Assembly (NCBI GenBank): GCA_030587475.2 | Contig: JAUQYZ020000157.1 | Location: 1 to 42,873 of the forward strand | Direction: 5' to 3' | Length of the DNA: 42,873 bases | Source: Candidatus Sigynarchaeum calidifontis | GTDB lineage: Archaea; Asgardarchaeota; Lokiarchaeia; Sigyniarchaeales; Sigyniarchaeaceae | Shown here: positions 8,299-17,427 of the stretch, in pieces | Position numbering within the stretch: the first letter of the stretch is position 1 | How the letters are laid out: each line of letters begins with the position of its first letter | The notes under the pieces: model-generated | The model's input: the letters and a program-made list of their open reading frames with translations, nothing else | What the model was told of the DNA's origin: nothing | Database searches by the model: none | Program-made: the position numbers and the translations under genes

Positions 8299-10008
8299 AT
8301 GGAAGATTTAGTCACGGTTGACGAAGCGTGTAAATGGGCTTCTGATTTCTTGAAAAAACGTATCACGAAATCCAGCATCCATTATTTACTGCAATATGGA
8401 AAAATTAACAAGCATGCAGATGCGCACAAGAATTTGCTCGTGTCCATCTCGGAATTGAAAGCGTACTACGAGTCAAGCGTGATTTCGAAGCAACATGATT
8501 GGAAAAAGCAGATTGGAAACGACCTCAACTGGCACCTGTCCTTTGATAATCTTAGAGAACTCGATACCACCAAGCACGTCCACAGGTTACATCCCTACAA
8601 AGGGAAATATATCCCGCAGCTCGTGGAATATTTTCTCGATTCGCACACCGACGAGTTTAAAAAGGAGATTTTTTTCAAGCCGGGCGATATCGTTATCGAC
8701 CCCTTCATGGGAAGTGGCACGACCCTGGTCGAGTGCGGGGAGCTCGGCTTGCATTGCATTGGCATAGACATTTCACGGTTTAACTGCATCATCGCGCTCG
8801 TGAAGGTGTCTCGATACGACACCAAAGTAGTTGCAGAAAAACTCTCGGGCATTCTTGACGTGGTCAAGAACAGGATCGCGCAAATCGGAGGCCATGAATT
8901 GTTGAAAGAGCTGAAAGAAAGAGTACATGTCTTCAATAAACTCCATTTCACCGGGAATGACTACAAGAAAAAGATTGCAAGCAAGGAAATAGATGAAGAT
9001 CAAGTCGGAAAGCAAAAGATTGAAGAATTCTTTGCCGATAATGGAGCCATTATCGAGAAATTAATAAAGATAGAGAAAGAACTAAAGGAAAGAAAGGTGG
9101 AAACGTTTCTCGATGCGTGGTTTAACACGTCGATAAAAGAGGAATTTAAAATATACCTGGAATTGATCGATAACGAGAGCGACGAGCTCTTCAAGAATCT
9201 CTTGAAAATCATTGCAAGCCGGACGGCCCGAGCTTGTCGTTCCACGAAACACTTCGACCTGGCGACGCTCAAGGAACCACAGTTTCTTCCCTATTATTGT
9301 TGGAAACACAAGAAAATCTGCACCCCGATCGAGTCCTCGTTTCAAAGGTTCAAGAATTACACGATGGATACGATTCGGCGAATAGAGACCTATGCAAAAC
9401 TGCGCAAGGACGTGGAACTCGTCCCAGTCAATGGGGATTCGAGGGTAATTGATGTCTTGAAGGAGGTGGAACGCCAGAATCCCCGCTTGAGTACCATTTT
9501 ATCCACTCGGCGCATCGATGGCTTGTTTTCATCGCCGCCTTATGTGGGCCAGATAGATTACCACGAGCAACACGCCTATGCTTACGAGATGTTTGCGATA
9601 CCCCGGCAGGATGATAAGGAAATCGGCTCGCTTTCAAAAGGGGAGAGTAACAAGGCAAGAGAAGACTATGTCATCGGCATCAGCGCTGCTCTCAGAAACG
9701 TTTGTAAATACATCAAGGATGATGGCAACATTTTCCTCGTAGCGAACGATAAATACGATCTCTACCCGGCCATAGCGCGAAGGAGCGGATTGGAGATAGT
9801 GAATCGATTCAAACGCCCGGTTCTTAACAGGACGGAACGGGATCGCCAGCCATATGCAGAGATCATCTTTCACATGAGAAAAAAGAAAGACGATGACGTA
9901 AAATCTGAAATGTGCAAGAAACTCATTGCGAAACCAGCGAGTGATGAAAAAAAAAGTGGATACAAGAAGGTAATTCCAATAAAGACCACGCAATCATCCC
10001 TTTTTTGA
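8299..10008 (+). CDS. DNA methyltransferase, alpha class, probably m4C, with N-terminal HTH-like domain
   Basis: HRLHPYKGKYIPQL, motif I DPFMGSGTT, motif IV SSPPY. The N-terminus LVTVDEACKWASDFL...SIHYLLQYGKI resembles a MerR/excisionase HTH. TTTAAA at 8273-8278 suggests a leaderless promoter. Confidence 0.9.
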   Translation: MEDLVTVDEACKWASDFLKKRITKSSIHYLLQYGKINKHADAHKNLLVSISELKAYYESSVISKQHDWKKQIGNDLNWHLSFDNLRELDTTKHVHRLHPYKGKYIPQLVEYFLDSHTDEFKKEIFFKPGDIVIDPFMGSGTTLVECGELGLHCIGIDISRFNCIIALVKVSRYDTKVVAEKLSGILDVVKNRIAQIGGHELLKELKERVHVFNKLHFTGNDYKKKIASKEIDEDQVGKQKIEEFFADNGAIIEKLIKIEKELKERKVETFLDAWFNTSIKEEFKIYLELIDNESDELFKNLLKIIASRTARACRSTKHFDLATLKEPQFLPYYCWKHKKICTPIESSFQRFKNYTMDTIRRIETYAKLRKDVELVPVNGDSRVIDVLKEVERQNPRLSTILSTRRIDGLFSSPPYVGQIDYHEQHAYAYEMFAIPRQDDKEIGSLSKGESNKAREDYVIGISAALRNVCKYIKDDGNIFLVANDKYDLYPAIARRSGLEIVNRFKRPVLNRTERDRQPYAEIIFHMRKKKDDDVKSEMCKKLIAKPASDEKKSGYKKVIPIKTTQSSLF

Positions 10009-10066
10009 TCAAAAGAGAGCGATCGATCAATCACCTTCGTATATCGCGAAAGAAACAAGAGATGGC

Positions 10067-12679
10067 CTAGTGCGATGGATTGGGCGGGGGAATATAATCA
10101 AATCCGGGCACGTACGCGTGGAAAGGGTTCACGAGCACGATGCCATTCGTGAATTCCCGCTGATAATACTGCCCCCCGGCACCGGTCTTCAGCTGCATCG
10201 GCCCCAGCGCGTCGCCGAGTTCTAGGTCGAACAGCTCGGGGTGCCGGGCCAATTCCTGGCGGACGGTTTCCAGGGAATACCCGGCCAGGTTGCGGGGATA
10301 CCCGCCGCCATACGTGGGCTGGGGATGGAAGACCACGGACGTGCAGTTGTTCACCTTGCCCATCAAGTACGTCGCGACCGCGTATTCCAGCGCCGCTGGA
10401 TCGTCCCGGTTGTACCACGCGGCCCAGATGTACGACCGGTCGCGCTCCCCGTGGCTAACCATGTTCTGGACAATGCTTGCCCAGTCCATGGCCTCGTAGA
10501 AGATGATACTTTTCCTGTCATCCACCCGTGTGCCGTATGCCCCGCCGCAGCGGAACGCGAGTTCCCCCCAGATGCCGTCCTGGTACTGCTGGGCCTCGTC
10601 CCAGAAGGCTTGCGTGATGATCTCGAACGTGGCGTTGGCGTGGACGCGCTCTAGCCACCGATAGCAAGTTTCCGTGATCTGCTCGATGGTGGAATAGTCC
10701 CGCAGCTCGTTGATGTCGGTTCCCCAGTATCCCCGCCACATGATCTCGTCGATGGCCACGCCGGTCGCGTGGTATGCGGCGACACGGTGGTTCCACACCC
10801 ACGTGTAATAGTCCGCCCACCCCGTGCTCCCGAGATCCATGAGGTGCCACTTGTTGTCATCCGACGTGCGTCGAACTCCCAGCGCCTCGCGGCCGTCCTT
10901 CAGCTTCAGCGTCCAGGTGTCCATAGTCGAGTTCCACACGGACGTGCAGTTACCAAGAGGCGTGTCGACGGTCCAGTTGTCATTCTCGCCCAGCGTGGTG
11001 GCGAAATTCATGATATAGAACCGCGTCTTGTTGTTGATCGCGCGCATCGCAAGGACGTCATCGGGAAAAATGGTGTAATTAGTATACCCGCCAAGCGAAT
11101 ACACGTCCATGGTGCTAGCGATCCAGTCCCGTGCTTGCTCGTTTGTGAAGCTCCCGATGGCCTTGGCATCGTAAAGGTAGGCACCGATCCTGACCGTCTT
11201 GCCCGGCCGGATGACCTCGCCATGGGCGATGCCGGCCGGGTAGGGGGAATAGAGCAGTATCTTGCCGGTTCGCTCGCGCAATTCGATTGACGTCATCGGC
11301 ACGCCGTTCACGTCATATAGCGTGCGGCCGAACTCGATATGCACGCTCGCGCGGGAATTGGCCTGGAGCAGGCCGCAAAGCGAAGCAGTGAAAGTGGTTA
11401 CCAGCAGCATGATCGCGATCGCCCGCCGCTTGCTTTTCAAGAGGGCACGCGGGTGGAAAATTTCTTGCCGAAGCTCCCGCGAGCCAGCTTCGATGCCCGG
11501 GGAGCGTGTCCTCGCGGCAAAGGCAGATTCAAGGAAGAGAAACACGAAGACCAGTCCAGCTAGTCCGGAGGTGCAAACGGGGACGAGCCAGAGGTAATCT
11601 TGATAATCGAGGATCAAGAACTTCATCTCGTGTGCCGCGACACCAACCCCGACCAGGATCGCAACGATCCAGAAAGCCCGGGCGAATTTATGCGAGAGAG
11701 GCAATGGCGGAAAGCTACCAGCCTCGCGCACGAAAGCACGGAGGATCCAGCACCACGTCATCCCGACGAGGATGCCGTTCAAGAGGATGGCAGGCCAATC
11801 GAGAAACAACTCCCAATCGATCCACAAGAGGATGGCCTCCACCACGAGCCCTCCGACGGATAGAGCCCCGTGGACGAGGTCCGCCTTCACGCGAGTAAAC
11901 GCAAGGGCAAGCGTGCCGATGGCAACGCCGAAAAGCCAGGGTACCCAGAGCGCCATCCCCAGTTCCGACGTGACATACATCACGAAGATCACGTGGAGCG
12001 CGAAGACAGACCATCTCGCAGCGAAACCGAGCCAGAGATCGACGCGCCAGCCACGCGGAGACGCTGCGTCACCTTCCACCTTCTTCTGTTGTCCCGTTGG
12101 CGTTGCCATGGAGAGCACGAGCGATCGCACAGCATAGAGCGCCGCAGCACAGAACGAGACCATAGTCATCGATGGAGCCACCGCGACCACGTGTGCCATC
12201 GCCAAAAAACCGATGCCCGACCCCAGCAGGAGGAAAGGCTTCGGCCCTGGTGTCCACGTGCCATTCCCCTTGAAAAATAGCATGACGCCATTGAAATCCA
12301 GCTGTGCATTGAATAGGCCGAGGAGAACGATAGCATCGAGCAATCCCATGGTGAGAACGCTGTTCTTGTTGAAATCAAACTGCACCACGAGCCCGAGGAT
12401 GCAGATCAGCGGGACAAGGATGTATCCGGAAACCACCTGGAACGAGCGCTGCTGGCGGGCCGGCCATTTAAGCAAGGGAATCAAGGCAAACAGGCAAGGG
12501 ATGAGCAAGATTACCATCCAGAGCGATGTGCCAGACAAGCTTTGCTGGAAGAAAAGGGTAAACAGCCATGGCACGAGGTAAATAGTGTAAAACGTGGAGG
12601 CTGCCATCGCCAGGCCCCCGCGGAAATGGGTCAGGGTCGGCTCTTGATCATCGTTGCTTGTTTCAAGTTTCGTGTTCAA
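10067..12679 (-). CDS. Polytopic membrane domain fused to a putative glycoside hydrolase (GHL15-like TIM barrel)
   Basis: About 440 aa of transmembrane segments, then a soluble domain with LMDLGSTGWADY, TGVAIDE, YAVATYLMG and DLELGDALG...YQREFTNGIVLVNP. TTG start preceded by GGTGA. Confidence 0.7.
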   Translation of the reverse strand: MNTKLETSNDDQEPTLTHFRGGLAMAASTFYTIYLVPWLFTLFFQQSLSGTSLWMVILLIPCLFALIPLLKWPARQQRSFQVVSGYILVPLICILGLVVQFDFNKNSVLTMGLLDAIVLLGLFNAQLDFNGVMLFFKGNGTWTPGPKPFLLLGSGIGFLAMAHVVAVAPSMTMVSFCAAALYAVRSLVLSMATPTGQQKKVEGDAASPRGWRVDLWLGFAARWSVFALHVIFVMYVTSELGMALWVPWLFGVAIGTLALAFTRVKADLVHGALSVGGLVVEAILLWIDWELFLDWPAILLNGILVGMTWCWILRAFVREAGSFPPLPLSHKFARAFWIVAILVGVGVAAHEMKFLILDYQDYLWLVPVCTSGLAGLVFVFLFLESAFAARTRSPGIEAGSRELRQEIFHPRALLKSKRRAIAIMLLVTTFTASLCGLLQANSRASVHIEFGRTLYDVNGVPMTSIELRERTGKILLYSPYPAGIAHGEVIRPGKTVRIGAYLYDAKAIGSFTNEQARDWIASTMDVYSLGGYTNYTIFPDDVLAMRAINNKTRFYIMNFATTLGENDNWTVDTPLGNCTSVWNSTMDTWTLKLKDGREALGVRRTSDDNKWHLMDLGSTGWADYYTWVWNHRVAAYHATGVAIDEIMWRGYWGTDINELRDYSTIEQITETCYRWLERVHANATFEIITQAFWDEAQQYQDGIWGELAFRCGGAYGTRVDDRKSIIFYEAMDWASIVQNMVSHGERDRSYIWAAWYNRDDPAALEYAVATYLMGKVNNCTSVVFHPQPTYGGGYPRNLAGYSLETVRQELARHPELFDLELGDALGPMQLKTGAGGQYYQREFTNGIVLVNPFHAYVPGFDYIPPPNPSH

Positions 12680-12815
12680 TCACCTTGGGAATGAAGCCCT
12701 TACTTGACCGTGAGATTCGTAGCGATCGGTTATCGCCGATTTGATGCTCGAAGGCTGTTGCATATCGTTTTACTCGCGACGACGTGGCGCATTCGATGCG
12801 CATGGCAGATTCACG

Positions 12816-13793
12816 TCATTTCTGGGTGTTAACGAGATCGATCACCCGCTGGTTGATGAGCCCTTCGGAGCCGGGTATCGGGTTGGGGATCTCGCCCGCG
12901 ATGCACTTGCAGAAGTCGTCGATCTCGCCAGCATACATGTCGCCGTTTTCGACCTCGTAGCGCGTGAATTTTTCCTCGATCTCGGTCTCGACTCGGACCT
13001 TCCGGAAGTTTTCATTCCAGTCAAATGCACGCACGTATCCCTTTTCCCCGAAGATCTCGAGCAGCAAGTTGCGTTTCGTCCGGAACGAGCTCTCGCTCGT
13101 GGCGATGAACTCGCCGTCGAAATCCAGCAGGAACGTGACGACGTCATCGACGCCGTTTGGTTTCCGCTCCCGTGGCAGCACCGAGCAGCGGGCTTGCTTG
13201 ATCGGCAAGCCGATGATGTACCGCAGCGTGTCGACCATGTGCACCCCGAGGTCGTACGCCGCACCACCGCCCGCGACGCTCAAGTCGTATTTCCATGTCC
13301 TCGTGGACTTGCTGCCGTCGCTGTGGAAGTCGCACTTGCCCGTGACGGGCTTGCCCAGCCGCCCCGAGGCAACGAGCTGCTTCACGTGGTTCACGGTGTT
13401 GTTGTACCGCATGCAATGGCCGACCATGAGCTCCTTCCCGTGCTCCTTCGCTGCGGCGATCATGCGCTCGCACTCCGCCGCGTTCATGGCCATTGGTTTC
13501 TCCACGATGACGTGCTTTCCCGCTTTCAAGCAAGCGATCGTGTCGGTCGCGTGGACGTTGTTGGCCGATGCAACGAACACGGCTTCCATGCCGGGGGTCT
13601 GAAGGAATTTTTCCATCTCGGAATACGAATAAGCGTGCGGGATCTTGAAATGGGCAGCCCGCTCCCGTGCTTTGCCCGCGTCGCGCTTGGCGACCGCCAC
13701 GATCTCGGCGAGGCTCGCGCGCGCGAATCCGGGGACGAGCCGGCGCTCCGCGAACGACCCGAAACCCAGGATACCGAACTTGATCTTGTCCAT
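12816..13793 (-). CDS. Gfo/Idh/MocA-family oxidoreductase
   Basis: KIKFGILGFGSFA, GKHVIVEKPMA, GGGAAYDLGVHMVD. Start set at ATG 13793 to avoid overlap with the divergent gene. Confidence 0.95.
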   Translation of the reverse strand: MDKIKFGILGFGSFAERRLVPGFARASLAEIVAVAKRDAGKARERAAHFKIPHAYSYSEMEKFLQTPGMEAVFVASANNVHATDTIACLKAGKHVIVEKPMAMNAAECERMIAAAKEHGKELMVGHCMRYNNTVNHVKQLVASGRLGKPVTGKCDFHSDGSKSTRTWKYDLSVAGGGAAYDLGVHMVDTLRYIIGLPIKQARCSVLPRERKPNGVDDVVTFLLDFDGEFIATSESSFRTKRNLLLEIFGEKGYVRAFDWNENFRKVRVETEIEEKFTRYEVENGDMYAGEIDDFCKCIAGEIPNPIPGSEGLINQRVIDLVNTQK

Positions 13794-13820
13794 CGTCTTC
13801 AACCTAACCTTGCGCCGAAG

Positions 13821-13830
13821 ATATTTATAA
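13821..13830. promoter_or_regulatory. Bidirectional archaeal TATA box (ATATTTATAA)
   Basis: The only AT-rich element in the 67-bp gap, about 30 nt from both divergent ATGs (13793 and 13861). Confidence 0.6.
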
Positions 13831-13860
13831 TGCCACGCCGACCGGTTACTCGTGGTAGCA

Positions 13861-14868
13861 ATGCATGGCATCGCGCTGATCACGGGCGGGGGCGGCTATC
13901 TCGGCTCGCACCTCGCAAAGGAGCTCATCCAGCGGCATTTATACAAGCAAGTGCGTATCTTCGACTGGCAGCACCGGAAATATGTTCCAGAGGAAGCTGA
14001 ATTCATTCAAGGCGATGTTCGCGATGCAGCGGCTGTCGAGCGCGCCGTGGAAGGGGCCGACACGGTATTCCACCTGGCCTTCACGCAATCGTACTCGCGG
14101 CTTTCCAAGAAAGAGAAATGGGACGTCGACATCGGCGGCTCGACAAACGTCTTCGAGGCTTGCTTGAAAGCCAACGTCCGCAGGCTCGTGCACACGTCGA
14201 CCATCGAGATCTACGGCACGAAACCGCCCTTCCCGTGCCCGGAAGATGCCCCGACGGACAAGCCCGTCGGGATCTACGCGGCACACAAGCTGGAGGTCGA
14301 GAAGATCCTCTGGAAATATCACCAGGAACGCGGGTTGAAGGCTACCGCGGTCCGGATGCCGACGATCTGTGGCCCCGGTTATTACAACCACCGGCCATTG
14401 CTGACCATGATGGACCGGATCCTTGATGGCAAGGCCGTGTCCGTCGTCGGTGATGGTAGCACCCTGGGGGATTTCGTATACTACAAGGATGTACTAGACG
14501 GGTTCATCAAGTGCGCGGAGAGGGACGAAGCCGTCGGCCAGGCGTTCAACATCTCGTGCAAGGCCCCGTCCACGCATCTCGAGGTCATGGAGGCGACGAT
14601 CGCGGCCGTGAACAGCAAGTCGAAGATCGTGAGGCTTCCCCGGGGATTCATCAAGTTCGCGATCTATCCCGCCATATTATTCAGGCTGGTCAACCTGCCA
14701 TTCGACGAGGTCGGGTATCTCTTCAATCCAAACGTGTTCTCCATCGAGAAAGCCCGCAAGCTACTCGGGTACAACCCTACCAAGACCGCTGCCGAGGCAG
14801 CGGTGGAGCTGATAAAGGGATATCAAGCGGACCGGGAATACATCAAGCAGCGAAGCCAGAACTTCTGA
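13861..14868 (+). CDS. NAD-dependent epimerase/dehydratase (extended SDR, 3-beta-HSD-like)
   Basis: TGGGGYLG, GDVRD, VFHLA, LVHTST, YAAHK (YxxxK), GQAFNI. Confidence 0.93.
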   Translation: MHGIALITGGGGYLGSHLAKELIQRHLYKQVRIFDWQHRKYVPEEAEFIQGDVRDAAAVERAVEGADTVFHLAFTQSYSRLSKKEKWDVDIGGSTNVFEACLKANVRRLVHTSTIEIYGTKPPFPCPEDAPTDKPVGIYAAHKLEVEKILWKYHQERGLKATAVRMPTICGPGYYNHRPLLTMMDRILDGKAVSVVGDGSTLGDFVYYKDVLDGFIKCAERDEAVGQAFNISCKAPSTHLEVMEATIAAVNSKSKIVRLPRGFIKFAIYPAILFRLVNLPFDEVGYLFNPNVFSIEKARKLLGYNPTKTAAEAAVELIKGYQADREYIKQRSQNF

Positions 14869-15063
14869 ACGTCCAAGAGCACGAGCTGGTAGGAACGGGC
14901 AAGATGGCGACCCTTGAAATCGAGAGCATGGTATGACCCAGCAAGCATCTTAGTATCCATCGGCAAGTCACGATCAAACTCTGTTTTTCATACCCGCGCT
15001 AGGCGATTCCTTGTCATTGACAAGTTGCTCATTGTTATTAACTTGGAGAGAATAGTGACGAGC

Positions 15064-16104
15064 ATGGATCCCCAAAAGCTTGAAAAGCAGTATCGAAAGA
15101 GGCTAGAAGAGAACCCGCGGGATGCAGATGCATGGAATGACCTTGGGAGCCTGGTCTCTGATCCCGCGGAGAAGGTGCGTTGTTTTCAAAAGGCGATCGA
15201 AATCCAGCCGGATCATGATAAAGCGTGGTGTAACCTTGGCGTGACCGCCACGGATCGCGCAGAAAAAGAGCGCTATTACCGGAAAGCCTTGAGCATCAAT
15301 CCCAACAGCGTTGAAACGTGGAATAACCTGGGCAACATCGTCCTCGATCCTCCAGAAAAGGAGAGTTGCATGCGCAAGGCCATTGAACTCGATCCGAACA
15401 ATGCGGTGCCGTGGTATAACCTCGGCGGTATTGTTGAAGATCTCAAGGAGAAGGAACGTTGCTTCCGGAAAGCCGTAGAGCTTGACCCCAAGAACGCGAA
15501 TTCGTGGGCGTGCCTGGGCCACGTGGTCACGGATGTCAAGGAACGCGAGGCTTGTTTTCGGAAGGCCTTGAAGCTCGATCCTCCCCCGATCGACCAGGCG
15601 AATGTGTGGTATAATCTAGGGGTGACGATCAAAGACCCAAAGGAGAAGGTGCGATGCTTTCAAAAGGCGATCGAATTTCAACCGAATTATGATAAAGCGT
15701 GGTTTAATCTAGGCGTTTTGGCAAGGGATCAAGCGGAGCAAGAAAGATGCTATCGCAAAGCCCTGGAGAGTAACCCGAATAATGTGGACGCGTGGTATAA
15801 CCTGGGCGTCACGCTGAAAGACCGGGGGGAGAAAGAGCGATGCTATCGCAAGGTCATAGAGATCAACCCGAACAGCGCGGACGCGTGGAACAACCTGGGC
15901 TGGGTAACAACCGATAAGAAGGAACAAGAACGGTGCTTTCGCAAAGCGTTGGAGCTGGACCCGAAGCTCGCGATGGCATGGAATAACCTGGGAGCTCTCA
16001 GCAAGGATCCCGTCGAGAAGGAGCGCTGTTTCCGCAAGGCCCTCGATGCCGATCCAAAATGTGAACTGGCTCGTAAAAATCTCAACGATCTCTTGAAAAA
16101 ATAG
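15064..16104 (+). CDS. Tetratricopeptide-repeat protein with ten shortened (31-aa) repeats
   Basis: Ten units of x-A-W-x-N-L-G-x4-D-x-x-E-K-E-R-C-F-R-K-A-L-E-L-D-P-x-x-x. ATG 15064 (MDPQK) is preferred. Confidence 0.92.
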   Translation: MDPQKLEKQYRKRLEENPRDADAWNDLGSLVSDPAEKVRCFQKAIEIQPDHDKAWCNLGVTATDRAEKERYYRKALSINPNSVETWNNLGNIVLDPPEKESCMRKAIELDPNNAVPWYNLGGIVEDLKEKERCFRKAVELDPKNANSWACLGHVVTDVKEREACFRKALKLDPPPIDQANVWYNLGVTIKDPKEKVRCFQKAIEFQPNYDKAWFNLGVLARDQAEQERCYRKALESNPNNVDAWYNLGVTLKDRGEKERCYRKVIEINPNSADAWNNLGWVTTDKKEQERCFRKALELDPKLAMAWNNLGALSKDPVEKERCFRKALDADPKCELARKNLNDLLKK

Positions 16105-17302
16105 ATGTGGGGTTTCTTTTTCCCATTGCATCGTTGTTAGACAAGATGATCACCCATTCCGACTTGTTTTCTTGGCGGAAGCTTTTATTGAACAGCTTGC
16201 TGATGTCATCAAGCTTATAACTGAAGGCTTGTAGAACAGAGAACTTGGTTCTATTCGCAACTTCGGTTATCATGTCGAGCCCAGAATGACGGCTCTTCGC
16301 CACGACAGAGTCTCCCATTATTAGAACCACATAACCGGTTTTTTTCAAGATCTTGTGAAACATATCAAAACAAGCTTGCATGTCGGCCAAGAATGTTTCG
16401 ATATCTTGTTTTTGACTAGAATACCGGTTTCTGGAACCGATTTCATTCTCCCTTACATGTTTCACGTCGTAGTCCAAGAGGTACATGCGCAGCTTGTGGT
16501 ACAAGTAATAATCGTAGGTATTCGCATACGGCGGCGAGGTGAGGACGAGTTGCACCGACCCAGCCGGGATCGTGGACATCGTTCTCGTGTCCGCTTGACT
16601 TACCTGAACCCAATTCCCCTTGTCCACGGATGCCGCGAATTGCCGCATCCGCTGGATCATGTCATCCAGCTTTTTTAGAAATATATCGAACACGTCCTTT
16701 ATTTCAACTTTTTTTTCGATCGCTGCGTACCTGGTCTCGCTTTCCTGTCGTGATACCCTCACGACGATGCTGGAAAATGCAGCCAGCAAGAAGGTCTTGA
16801 TAGCCGGATCATCGATAGATTCAATCTGTTTCTTGATCTGCATGAGCACGACGAGCACGTCCTTGTCGAACCAATGAAATTTATTGTTGAAATGAACCTC
16901 GCCCGTGTAATCCTCGACGGATCCGCCATGAGCACCATCGAGACATCGTTTCTGGAGGGCGAGAATGCCATCCCGCCACGTGGCGATTCTCCTGATTTGC
17001 TCGGGCGACAGCGGCGTGGTCTTTGCCTTGCTTGCCAGCGACGCAATGTAGTTGATGTCGTTTCCGATCGCGTTCCGGCCCAGCAAGAGTGCCTCGACAA
17101 GGGTCGTGCCGCTGCCACAAAAAGGATCGTAGACGGTATCGCTTTTCTTGGTGAGTCTTTCGATGAAATATCGCGGGATTTGCGGGATGAATTTTGCCGC
17201 CCATGGATGGTAGTTATGCGTGAGGTAGGACGTGTCATCGACATCAAATATCGCCTTGATGAACTCCTCCTTGTCGACGATGTTTTCTTGCCGCACGTTC
17301 AT
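16082..17302 (-). CDS. DNA methyltransferase, alpha class, probably m4C
   Basis: THNYHPWAAKFIPQIP, DPFCGSGTT, LVLTSPPY, ENEIGSR. Start ATG 17302. The 3' end overlaps the TPR gene by 23 nt. Confidence 0.92.
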   Translation of the reverse strand: MNVRQENIVDKEEFIKAIFDVDDTSYLTHNYHPWAAKFIPQIPRYFIERLTKKSDTVYDPFCGSGTTLVEALLLGRNAIGNDINYIASLASKAKTTPLSPEQIRRIATWRDGILALQKRCLDGAHGGSVEDYTGEVHFNNKFHWFDKDVLVVLMQIKKQIESIDDPAIKTFLLAAFSSIVVRVSRQESETRYAAIEKKVEIKDVFDIFLKKLDDMIQRMRQFAASVDKGNWVQVSQADTRTMSTIPAGSVQLVLTSPPYANTYDYYLYHKLRMYLLDYDVKHVRENEIGSRNRYSSQKQDIETFLADMQACFDMFHKILKKTGYVVLIMGDSVVAKSRHSGLDMITEVANRTKFSVLQAFSYKLDDISKLFNKSFRQENKSEWVIILSNNDAMGKRNPTSIFSRDR

Positions 17303-17359
17303 GCCTCGATGTTTGATGCAACGTGGACCACGCGTGTTAGTAGCTTCAAATTGCCAGGC

Positions 17360-17369
17360 GTTAATTAAC
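17360..17369. promoter_or_regulatory. Palindromic TATA-like element GTTAATTAAC centred between divergent MTase genes
   Basis: Perfect 10-bp palindrome lying 58 and 59 nt from ATG 17302 and ATG 17428. Confidence 0.5.
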
Positions 17370-17427
17370 TTGCATTCGATCGTCTCGTGAAGCGGCATTG
17401 TTTGATCAACACCAAGGAGGATGCAAG

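Noticed and set aside
12741-14000. 419-aa plus-strand ORF
   Set aside because: Antisense shadow of the Gfo/Idh/MocA gene.
15064-16104. 93-bp periodicity as a CRISPR array or DGR template/variable repeat
   Set aside because: These are coding TPR repeats with synonymous variation; there are no spacers, cas genes or reverse transcriptase.
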